From assembly GCA_030704615.1 (NCBI GenBank), contig CM060734.1, positions 12,214,001 through 12,278,000 on the forward strand: a stretch of DNA of 64,000 bases, written 5' to 3'. Shown here in pieces: positions 50,123 to 61,779 of the stretch. A model generated the notes under the pieces. That model was given only the letters and a program-made list of their open reading frames with translations. It was not told where the DNA came from and made no database searches. The stretch is from Takakia lepidozioides. Taxonomy: Eukaryota; Plantae; Bryophyta. Positions within the stretch are counted from its first letter, which is position 1; the number at the start of each line of letters is the position of its first letter. The position numbers and the translations under genes were made by a program.

Positions 50123-52304
50123 ATGGCAGAGGGCCAGGACGATGACCGTCATGGAAGAGATGACCCCAATGAACATGGACCGCCCCCTAAGAAAATCAAA
50201 GGGTCAAGGCAAGACTTGAATTGGGAATGGTGACCCTAACATACTAGCAGAAGAGGGCTGGGAGGATATTCCGGAAGAGTTCCGGTGGCCGATGGCGAGA
50301 TGCAAAAAATTCGTGAAATGGTTCTACATCAATCGATTGTGGCCTTTGGATAGGCATAACGTGCAAACCCGAAACAATTACGTAGAGTCCAGGTCTTGCA
50401 CGAACTTGCATTTCCAGCATAGGGCGAATGAGGTGCATTGCACATTATGGGGTCAATCTCTCTTAAAGGGTCAAATCCCGTACACCTTGGCAGCCATGTT
50501 GTACGTGGAGGTCATATTTTTGCGTCCAGTGAATTGACAAACTGCTAGTAGGAGGAACGCAAGGTTGCTATACGATTTGGAGTACATCCCGGACACGTTC
50601 GGAATACAACCGGCTACAACGTTAGAGGAACAACTAGCGGAAAGAGACCAGCGAATCAGGACCCTGCAGGACCGACTAGACTGGCAAACACTACGCATAG
50701 CCGAGTTGGAAGCTAGATTGCAAGACATGCCTTCAAACAATGAAGGCACTGTTGTCCACAATGAGGATCGAACAAACGACGTGGACATGGACGCGGAGTT
50801 TGCGATGCCCGATCGCAGTATTGACCTCATCATTCAGGAAGTTACGGACTTCCTTGACCCTGTGGCCGATGAAACCATGGTTGAGGAACAACGAATTGCG
50901 GATGAGAGAAGGAGGAAAGGAAAAGAACCAGTACTGGAAACCGGGGAATGCTCGAGGGTCGCCATTCAATCGGAGATGAACCCGATATTAGATGTCGACC
51001 GCGTTACAAAGGAGCGGGACATTGCCATGGCAACTGCATGGCGCTTGTCCAAAACGCTGGAGATTCAGGCATGGGTCCCATTGAATGGCGATTGGGAGAA
51101 TTGGATACAATGGGCGACCCATTTGGCCTCCAGAGAAGCACGGGTAGAGCGAGCACTGTCAGGCTTGCAACGTGTCGCACGCATGTCGAACCGTAGCGTT
51201 GATAACATTTATGCCAACATGCAAAGGTATAACGATCTCCGCATTGCATCAAGCGTGTTCGCCGGGTATACCAATTGGGCAGATGTGGATTCTATGTTCG
51301 ATCGATGTGAGCACAGAATCTCGGGGTCGAACAGAAGCATAAAATGAGAATTGGAGATAGAGGAAGAGTGGGACACCACAACAAAGATGACCAGCAACAT
51401 CAAACCGGCCTAGAGGGAGGAGATACCACGAGGCGTTTTGCCGTCATGGATATCAAATAGCACAGTTTGTTCGATGTGTAGGAATCCATACGGCCTAGAG
51501 GGATGTCATGTGCTTGGATCATGTGGACATATGTTCCATCTCACATGTCTTATCCCGCAAGCCTTGCGGACGAGCGCTTGCCTAGAATGTCGTACACCAA
51601 TCCATCGCCGTTTCTATGAGCTGGTGGGCTTGGAGGATCGGATGCCCATAGGTTTTGAATACAATCGACACAACCTCCCATTGGATGGGCTACCATACAC
51701 ATTTCTAAATTGTGTACATTGGGGCAAGAACTTGGTATGGGATGCAGACAGAGAGATGCATGGCATACATGCCGGAAACCCGACATACGTCAAAGATCCC
51801 CAGTATTTATGGGTCACATCTGATTGGGAGATAACCATACGTGCGGGAGGTATTCGAGATTGGTGGGAGAGAGAGCAATTTTGCCGCAATCTGGGAGGGC
51901 ATTGGAGTCAAAGAAGGTCCAGGTTTATCTGACTCCCACAGGTTCCATGGGTGCCGGAGGAGAACGAATTGTATGACCGACAACCGATTGGGAGACATTT
52001 GTTGTTGTCCGAATTGGAAGATGTTATAATATGTCAATGCCGAATGAATGATGTGTACGAGGCGGCTTATCGTCGAAACGACACAATGATTAGGGACAGG
52101 GCCCGCGAGAGGCAGTTGGAAAGTTTCAAAAGTACCATCAAGGCAGTTGTAGAGAAATGGAGGCGATTATGGACAGACCGTTATCATCGTGTTTCGGGGG
52201 CTGTATTGCCGGATGTGGACGGCCTCGTTGCCGATTTGTATGCAGCCCGAGCACTTGTTCTCGATCCACCTCTGCCACGTCGTGAGAGTGAAGAAGAAAG
52301 TTAA
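50123..52304 (+). pseudogene. Accessory gene copy 2: unknown domain, coiled coil and RING-H2 finger
   Basis: CSMCRNPY...CGHMFHLTC...CLEC. Homologous along its length to 16272-18655, with in-frame stops. Confidence 0.82.
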
Positions 52305-52904
52305 TTTTCGCCGCGAAGTAGGCGGATGCATGCCAGAATTGATCACATGCCATTGGGCCTTCATTGACCACGAGATCACGGTCGCAAGCTCTGGCAATTG
52401 GCAGTGCAAATCAGGCCACAACATCAAATTCCACATCCTCGGACAGTGACGACTAGGCTTTTAATGACTGGCAGCGTAGTACATATACAATATGCATTTT
52501 TGTTGTACCTTGAATATTGTTGGAAAACACAGTGATGGCATTCCGCCAAGTTTGTATATCACCAATTTTGTTAATACACAATGCACATGTGCGGCACTTG
52601 CCAATTTCAATTGCATGAGCAGCATTTTCTTCACATTTACACTCGTGTGATGGGGAAGAAGTAGTTCACCCTGTAAACAAATTTACAATGGTGTCATATT
52701 TGGTCATGACGTGTATGTGGGTATTTGCAATGAACTCCGAAAGCTGGAGAACGAGGAAATTTGATGTTAACAAATAAGTTATAACGAGTTACGAATGGTC
52801 GTCTTCCAAACAAATTTCGTCTGGTCCCTGCGTATTTCATAATCATTTCGCAAAATCTATGATCTTTTACGAACATACCCACAAAGTTCTCAAAGCACAA
52901 AATA

Positions 52905-54330
52905 ATTTCGATTGATCTCATATTACACTGGGACGTATCAGAGGGTACATTGAACACACTGGCCAAGTCTCAAAGCGAACGAAAATCATTTGGATGGGCA
53001 CCATCCGTTGGCCCATTCAACGAATTTCGATTGAACTCATATTACTCTGGGGCCTCTTACATGGCACATTGAACATAGTGGCCAAGTCTCAAAACGAACC
53101 AAAATCATCTCGATGGCCAACCATCCGTTGAGCCATCGAATGAATTTCGATTGATCTTATATTAGTCCGGGACCTGTGAGAGGGTGTCTGGAACGTGTTG
53201 GCAAAGTTTGGAAGCTAACAAAAATAATTTGGATAGGCAACCATCCGTTCACCCGTTGAATGTATTCTGTTGGAATTGCTATTGCTTTGGGACCTATTGG
53301 ACTGTGTTTCGCATGCTCATGATTTTTTTTCATTCCGTTTTTGAATGGGGCGTGTAATGTAGCCATATGCAACGTGCGTGCCAAATTTGGGAGCGATCAA
53401 AATTCATTTGGACCCAAAACCACAGTTTCTTCCCTGTTTTGCACTCAAAACTTGATTTTGTGTTCAACTTCATGCACTCTTTATAGAGAGTTCTACAATA
53501 GTGAGCGAAGAGAACACTTTGTTTTTGGGGCATTTTTTATTGGTCCAAATTTTGGCGGGGGAGTAGCCGTGGGATGTTGGAAGCCGCAAAATAAAATTGA
53601 GCCAAAAAAAAAATCAATACGTGCCAGAAACCCCCACTGAAAGGCAGTGCAAACATATTTATTGGCTTAAAATAAATTTAAATTCAATTAAATTGTGGAA
53701 TGGCTTGAGGGGGGAGCGCGTCGATGGGGAGGCAAATGATTTATTCGTCTGTTGTGTCTCCGCACATGTGTTGCACACATGTTCAAGTACATGCGGGCAA
53801 AAGAGGGGCTTCAACCACATCCGTTCAATGGGTGCAACAGCCGTGCACGCATTGCAGGATTTTTTTTTCCGCATTGAACAAAAACCAGATGACAAGTGAA
53901 CGCCTCATTGGACAATTGAACGATTTTTGATTGATCTCGTATTACACTGGGACGTATCAGATGGTACATTGAACACACTGGCCAAGTTTCAAAGCGACCG
54001 AAAATCATTTGGATGGACAACCATCCGTTGGCCCATTCAACAAATTTCGATTGAACTCATATTACTCTGGGGCCTCTTACATGGCACATTGAACATAGTG
54101 GCCAAGTCTCAAAGCGAACCAAAATCATTTTGATGGCCAACCATCTGTTGAGCCATCGAATGAATTTCGATTGATCTGATATTAGTCCGGGACCTGATAC
54201 ATGGTATGTTGAACATAGTGGCAAAGATTGAAAGCAAACGAAACTCATTTGGATGGGCAACCATTCAATCGCCCATTGAATGAATGGGGTTTCATCTTCG
54301 ATTATACTGGGACCTGTTACATGGTATGCC
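52905..54330. repeat. 120-bp tandem repeats (two blocks of about 3 units) overlapping the right arm of the 0.8-kb inverted repeat (53291-54132)
   Basis: TTGA(T/A)CT-ATATTA anchors at 52911, 53031, 53151 and at 53931, 54051, 54171. Confidence 0.9.
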
Positions 54331-56351
54331 CTTTGAAGCTCTTTTTGTAGTGTCTCCTGCCTCGTAATGCGGTGCTTCTCCATGTCCACTTTATCCAATA
54401 TGTTAATATTCTCCACCTGGAACAGATTCACATATGTGTGCAGAAATCCTTAAAAAAACAAATGACCATCTCAACTTTTATAAGCCTCATCCCCAGCTTC
54501 CAGTTTTGATGGTCATTTGTTTTTTTAAGTTATATACGCATGTGTGGATATGTTCCAGATGGAAGATATTATCATTGGAAAAATAAGAGTTGGAGAAGCA
54601 CCTCATTACGAAGCAAGAGACATTACAGAAGACCTCAGCATGTTGAACATCTGGATGAAGAACCTTCCCCATCGTCGCTTCAAAGTTCTAGCGCTTCTGA
54701 AATGATTACATGTTTGTTGTTGGAAGCAGATCTCGTAGGCCACATTGATCTCGTACCCATCGAAGACTCCCGTAGGCCATATGGAACGGTTCATGTGATA
54801 CATTTTCACAAATGCGATGTGATACATTTGTGAAATGGTATCACATCAACCGTTTAATGTGGCCAATGCACGTCTTCCGCACCATGGCGGAAATGTTCGC
54901 CACTTGAAAGCACAAACACAAATAATCCGTGCAAACAATCTCAATAATCATATGTACTGCAAGGTGTTTCATACTGCCGATGTTAATGTAGCTGAATTAT
55001 TTAGGAATCGTTTTGCTACTCCCATGCCAACAACATCAGGTCCACTGCGACTACCATATTCCGAATTCCGTATCAGCCACCACGGACATGAAACCAGGAA
55101 CTTCGCACAAAATCTCTAATTCATTCAATTTATGGTGGGCCATGGCTGCAGCCTACAAGCTGGCCGGGGTGGCTGATACGTCCGTTTGAACATGACAGTC
55201 TCAGAGGACGTTGGCATGGGAATAGCAAAAAAAGTACTACAGAATTCAATTAGAGGAACAATGCTATGATACCTTCAGGCTGGCTGTTTTTTTAGGAAGG
55301 CGACTTATTCAAAAACTGGATTCTAAAACAGTAACCTTTATGGTCCAGCAAGTAGCCTAGCATGACAGTTTTAAATATTTTTTCATGGCCTAAACCTGGT
55401 CATGATACACCTTGCTAGGTGTAGAGATATTCTTACTTAGATAAGACTAAGCAAGAAAGACACTTGTTGCTTGAAGGGCTTGGTTCTGGAGATTATCTCC
55501 AGACCTGCAATCTGGTTTCTGAAACGAAGGTACAATCTGCAAGTATAGGGGAATTTTTTATTAAACCATGGTGCTTTCATGATATGATTGACTTGGAATT
55601 CTGAGTTATTTAATTTTTACCCTAGCAGAGCTGTTTATGAGGCCTTGGAATACCAATCCAGGCCTGCATATGCCTGAAAAAACTCAGCCCCGTTTCTACT
55701 TTATGAATCTTGCATGTGTCTTGGCACTGATAGATCGGTTTCAAGCCAACACAAGATGCCTTTTTAGGAAGATGAATGGCTCAAGAACTGGATTATGTAA
55801 GGCTTGACCCATGTCAACAAAAAATGAGGAATCATTATGTCAACAGGCAAATTCTTAAGACATGTATGGCTTGTTGTTTCAATTGCAATTTAAAGTACTA
55901 TGTGCTTGGCTCTCGAGATTTATCTCCAGACCTGCAATCTGGTTTTTGAAATGATGTTACAATTGGCAAGTATGGTGGTGATCGTTGTATGTCAAACTAT
56001 GGTGCTTTCATAATATGATTGACCAAGAATCCCACCCTCCCACCCTGTTTTTTCAGATACCCTGAAATGTAATGGGATATTCAAATGAGATGGTAAACAT
56101 GGAAGTGGTTGTTAGATGGTGCCCTGTAAAGGGCTGCTTTGTCTTTCAATGACAATGACCTTAGTGGTCTTGTCCGTGACTTGACAGGACATGTATATCT
56201 TCCCTCTCTTTATCTGATCAGACCTTACCGTAAATATGATTGTTGACATTGGTTGTGACAGCTCCAATCAATAAAGAACTCGCACCATCAGTTGCGTTCC
56301 AACAGCAGTACCGGTCCCCCGAGTAAATAAAATTCTGTTGTAAATAATAAA

Positions 56352-56828
56352 TTGCATACGCTCGAACCTCACAAATGTCATTTCAACAAAACCGGCCGTG
56401 TATTGTGGCACTGTTTGTAACTGCGAATGTTTCAATGTTTCTGACAGGGTACTGAGAAAATGATATATTGGATCCATAGGAGTTAGACAACAAACGTTCC
56501 ATATCTCATTCAACTGTGCGATACTACCATGAGTGGCATGGATAAAAAAGTAATAGGTGTACATGCGACCTCCGCACGTTTAAGTAGAGACCTAGTATCA
56601 AACGTTCGGAGGTCGCATGTGCACCTATTACTTTCCGATCCATGTCTCTCATGGTAGTGTCGCACAATTGAATGAGAGGAGACGTTTGTTGTCTAACTCC
56701 TACGGAACTAATACATCGTTTTCTCATAACCCTATCCGAAACCTTGGAACATTACAAATATAAACAGTGAGCCGGTACACAAACCATTTATGTTGCGATG
56801 ACAGGTGCCAGGGTCGAGCATATGCAAT
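56352..56828. repeat. Long imperfect inverted repeat (arms of about 230 bp, short loop)
   Basis: For example AAGTAATAGGTGTACATGCGACCTCCG versus CGGAGGTCGCATGTGCACCTATTACTT, and TAGGAGTTAGACAACAAACGT versus ACGTTTGTTGTCTAACTCCTA. Confidence 0.9.
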
Positions 56829-56989
56829 GTAATATTTACAATGAGACTTTATTTATTACATGCACGATCAAAATTGAGTTATGTCTTCATAAAGGAACCA
56901 TTATACCGCTAGAATTCTCATATCTACGAGACTATGGTCTACTCCGTCCTATATACGTCTTTCGGCTCAGGCCAATTGAATGGCTTGCC

Positions 56990-57875
56990 CATGAACTGAA
57001 GTACTACATGGGCTAATGTGACTCTCTCATTCTTGTTGTTGTCGTACAACCTTTTGTAGCATTAAATGCCAACAACCTCCCGTAAATTGGTCCTGGAACA
57101 TACTTTGATCATAATGAGCGCCGCCATTTATTCGTACCGCTATCTTCCCAATGGCAAATGCCTCCGACGTCATGTCCTTGGGAGGGGGGGGGGGGGGGGG
57201 TGGCATTCACATTGAAAACCGATGCAATATCTTTTTCCACCCACCATCTTTTCGGAGTTCCCGGTCCAGCTTGTCTTGGTTTTCAAACTGGTACGGTGAG
57301 GCTTTGTGTATGCCCAATGGGGTGGCTAAGCCCCAATCATACACCCCAATCTTGATCTCCTCGGTGTCATCTGGAAAATGCAACAAGATGTTGTCGGGGG
57401 ACAAGTCGTTGTGCAGGACACCGTTCTTGTAGACAACATCCATGATGCACACCAGTGCCGATGCAAGTTTACTGCACACTTTCCGGAAACGAAGCAAACG
57501 ATCGCATTCCTGGAATTCTGCTTTCGTTCCCCTTTGTTCCAAAATCACCCTGTTGTCCGAATCGTTGCCCCATTTTCTGTCAAGGTTCATCATGTCGCGT
57601 TTTGTCCCCCCATTTCACCAGCGAGTGTAACCCTCTACCTCACGTGCATTCACAACAAAATACGAGATGACACCCGGATGCTGGAACTTCACTGCCAAAC
57701 ACTCGTCGTTATGTTGTCTCAACGCCTTTTCTGGATTTTTGGACTTGGGTTTTTTTCCCGCTAGCTCCCAACGCTCCGGTATTCTAGAATCGCCAACAAT
57801 CCAATAGTGACAGACCTTAGCATACCCTCCTTCTTTGTAAGGGCCAATCTCTACCACCTTCGCAGTAGAGTTCAA
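56990..57875 (-). pseudogene. Protein kinase-like fragment
   Basis: EGGYAKV, LAGKK, FQHPGVI, VLHNDLSPDNILL, DWGLA and SEAFAIGKIA, with frameshifts at about 57600 and at the poly-G near 57190. Confidence 0.8.
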
Positions 57876-57964
57876 GTAATAAAGACCAGTTGTGCCTTCC
57901 CAACAATGACAATGGAATTATGCATGAGGATGTGGCAGCAATGGAGGACCTCTTAATGCATTAG

Positions 57965-60900
57965 ATGGTAGATGAGGCCACGGACTCTTTGAATGACATG
58001 GAAAAAGAAGCCAAAACTCCCTTATACAAAGGGGCCAAAGTGAGTAGACTTTCAACCATCTTGTTGTTGCTCAATTTGCAAATCCGGTTTGGCATAAGCA
58101 ATGTGGGTATGTCCGCCATAATGCGGACTATTGCGGACTACATCCTTGCCCCACATTTGAATCCGAGAATGCCACGATCAAGAAAAGAGGCAAGAGCAGC
58201 CTTGGATGCTGTGGGGATGGGCTATAAGATTTTTCATGCATGTCCATGTGATAAAACCCTGTACTACGGAGAGGATGCGAAACTCACCAGGTGTCCAAAG
58301 TGCAACAAAGACCGATATCGGGATGATGTTCAAGGAAAGAAAGCCCCGCGCAAGGTATACCCGCGCCACAATACACTTGTATATTGCATTCTACCTTTTT
58401 GCAACCGCTACAAGACGTAAGGTTTTATTTAGAGATATGAATGACACTGATTATGATATGGGGCCGACATGGGGATGGTGCCAGAAAATGCACTACTTTC
58501 CAATCATCCCGCGACTGCAGGCACACTACCGAAGCCCCTCATTGGCAAAATTGATGGGATGGCACGCCTCGCATCGGAGCCCCCCGGGAAAGGTGTGCGG
58601 GCCACAAGATTCACAAGCATGGAGGCATACTAAAGAGTTTTGGCATTTTCTCTTGGAGGACCCACGACATGTCTGCCTCGACTTCTTCTTGGATGGGGTC
58701 AACCCATACTCTGTCCAGTCATGTAGTCATTTCCACTTGGCCGGTGACCATGGTGAATTACAACATCCCTCCGTATCTTTCAATAAAAAAAGGCCATATC
58801 ATGTTGGCTGCCATTGTACTGGGTGAGTGTTCCCATTTCATGCTTATTATTTCTTTGGATTTTACATTAATCTTCTTCTCTTTGGCGCAATTCCGATGGA
58901 AGATTGATGAGTGACGTAATGATGGAGTAAAATGTGTCATTCATTATGAAGTCTAAATTTCATGGTGGAGCATTGAAACAATGATGTGAATGTCGGATAG
59001 GGAAAAACAAGTGAAACACATGGACACTTACTTGTGACCTCTAGTTGATGAACTTAATAAACTATGGAGGGGGGTGCCGGCATTGGATGCTTCAATTGAC
59101 CATATGGCTTGACAATCTTTTCAGATGAGAGGCATCTTGCTTTGGACAATGCATGATTATCCAGGTATATTCTGTTCCCCATGAGAAACCCGCGTACATT
59201 TACCTGTTAAGGGATATTGATGAGGATTGGGATTGATTGAAGTAGCGGCAACAGTCTTCTGCACCGTAGTGGGGTAGATGCACATAAAAACTTTTTGTCT
59301 TTGCTAATATGACGGAATATCTATTGCAAGACATCCTGACCATTGCAGTACGTGGGACATTGACTCTCGAGGTTCGCGAGACAGTCTATAGATTGGGAGC
59401 CTTGTTCCAGGGGATTTGCTCCAAAGAGCTGGAGGAAGCGGACTTTCCAAGCATGAAGAAGGAGGCGGCGGTGGTCATGTGTATATTGGAGATGCACCTT
59501 CCTCCCTCCTTCTTTGACATCCAAGTGCACTTGGTAGTGCACTTAGTGGAAGAGACTTCAATTGCTGGCCCCGTTCATTCTCGGTGGATGTACTACCTTG
59601 AGCGATACATGAAGACTTTGAAAGCACATGTAAGACAAATGGCACACCCGGAGGGTAGCATGGCGGAGAGGTATACATTGCAAGAGGCTATGTCCTACTG
59701 CCTGGAGTACTTGGCAAGGGTGGATAAGGAAGCCCCTCGGATGTGGAAGGAAGGACTTACTGTTTGATCGGGGTTGAGCACCAAAGGGTACCACACATGC
59801 CTGCATTGTGGCGATGAACTTGATGCACAAAGCTCCAGCAATCTTCGCAAGATGGTGTATCCCAACTACCGCAAGTTTCTTCCTATGAGCCATCATTGGA
59901 GAAGAAGAGACAAACACTTGTTTGATGGCAAAGTGGAGTCCCCAACCTGTGACACCATCCGGGCACTTTTGGGAAGACCGATGGAAGGAGGCCCATCCGG
60001 AGGGGTCCGGTGAAGTGGAGGTGCCCGGCATGAAGCGGCTTTCAATCTTCTACGAGTTGCCATATTGGGCGGTACATATTCCACAAAAACACTATCAATT
60101 TTGCTATGCATGCATGTGATATTGCATGTTTTGTATGATTGAGCAAGCGCATGAGTTTGTACTGAAGAACAGCCCATCCATACATGAGTGGGAGGCAAGA
60201 TACAATAACCTTGTTCAGCAACAACAGGAGGAGACGGTTGCGTGGAGGCGGAACCATGCAAGGGCGACTACACGCGCTCCGCGAGCAAGGGGCCGGCGTA
60301 GGAATGTTTTTTCACAAGATTCGCCCATGGAATTGCAGCCTCTAAGTTCATCCCGCCATTGGTTTTGGACTGAAGTTGAGGACACCATTGCGAAAGGTGA
60401 GGTGGTTTCAGATTTGGTATAAGACATTGCAAGGGGCCCCTCTCAATTTGCGACCTCATACACGACGGTTTGGATTCATGGTCGTCATTTCCGCATTCGT
60501 GCTCTTGACATGAAATGCAAAACAACGTCTGATTCTGGCTTGTGTGCCTCATATTGGCAAGACTCCGTGTGGGGCAGGGGAGATACATGACCTACCATGA
60601 GCACACTCAACTACATTGGAGAGCTTGAGAGCATACTCCAACTTCAGTATACAAGGCACCAGCCTCTTATCTTCAAAGGAAGGTGGTTCCACCCACATTT
60701 TGTGGGGCCCTCCGCAACACTAGTGGAAGACGAGTGTGGTTTCATACGCGTCAATACAGATAGGCTCGAGTCTACTCATCGTCCCTCCGATGAGCCTTTT
60801 TCATGGCCTTCAGACATGGAACAAGTTTTCTTCTCCGGATCAGGAAATTGGAAGGTGGTTGTGCATGCTCAGCCAAGAGGAAGACGTATCTATCATGGTC

Positions 60901-61223
60901 GGGAATCTACATTGGGCGAGGCAAATGCAGAGGAGGAAGAGACGGGTCATGATGACGCTGATGTTGGCCGAGGTTGGATAGAGGGGGTACAAGAGAATGA
61001 TGACGCCCCGGACAATGCATCCCGGACCCTATACGATGAGGCTCCATCAAATGCGGATGTTGGAGAAGAAGATGAAGACATGGTCATTGAAACCAAGGTG
61101 GAAGATGATTCAGATGTGCCTTTTGGTGACCAAGCCATTTATGACAATGACTCTGATGAGCAAGAAAACTTGCAGCTCGATGAGGACGAAGAAGCTCCGG
61201 ATGATGATGTTCAAGTTGATTAG
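57965..61223 (+). pseudogene. CACTA/EnSpm TnpD-type transposase (Transposase_21, DUF4218 and DUF4216-like regions), rearranged
   Basis: HACPCD..CPKC, YFPIIPRLQ, DGVNPY, WPV..YNIPP, WTMHDYPG, FFDIQVHL, RWMYYLERY, STKGY..CLHC, SIFYELPYW and YIGELESI...DEPF. Confidence 0.92.
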
Positions 61224-61779
61224 ACACGTAATCAAAGCTACATAATAATTCTCGCACATAACTGTACCCATCCCTTCGATTGATTGTACATGTACATGCA
61301 TGTAGCTTATTTCTATGATTGATCAATGAAAAATCCATGAAAAAAATCCTTTGGAGGTGTGGTGATCTAGGAATGATTCTAGTGAAGTTGTGACTCGAAA
61401 AGTGACTCTAGGATTGTTGAGTTTTTGTACGAGGGCAAGAATGTTGGAAGACATGGTTCTTGTTCTACAAGTGCTGACCAGGACTTACCCCTAGAAACCC
61501 TTCAATTGATTTGGTTACCATGATCTCGATGCAACAGAAAGAATCTTCGAAATTGGTGTGAAAGACAACAATGTTGCCAAAGCCATTGCCAAAGCAATTT
61601 ACCCTCAACCCTCTATTCCCATGGCCCTTCCTTTTTTCTTTCTAGTGCCCCCACCCCCTCTCCTTGCCCTTTGTCTTTAACAATAAGGCCGCCCGGGTTG
61701 ATCATGGTCTCCCACATGCAAGATAGACATGTTATATTGTAGGACAGAAGGAGGACTAAAAAGATTTGCAACAATGGAT

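Larger units (their letters stand above)
18846..54132 (+). mobile_element. Unit 2: hAT-type transposase plus RING-H2 gene unit with GCGACCGCC arrays; about 11.7 kb after removing two nested insertions
   Basis: The transposase reading frame resumes across both TSDs. The unit is bracketed by the 0.8-kb inverted repeats, but its true termini are not established. Confidence 0.65.
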
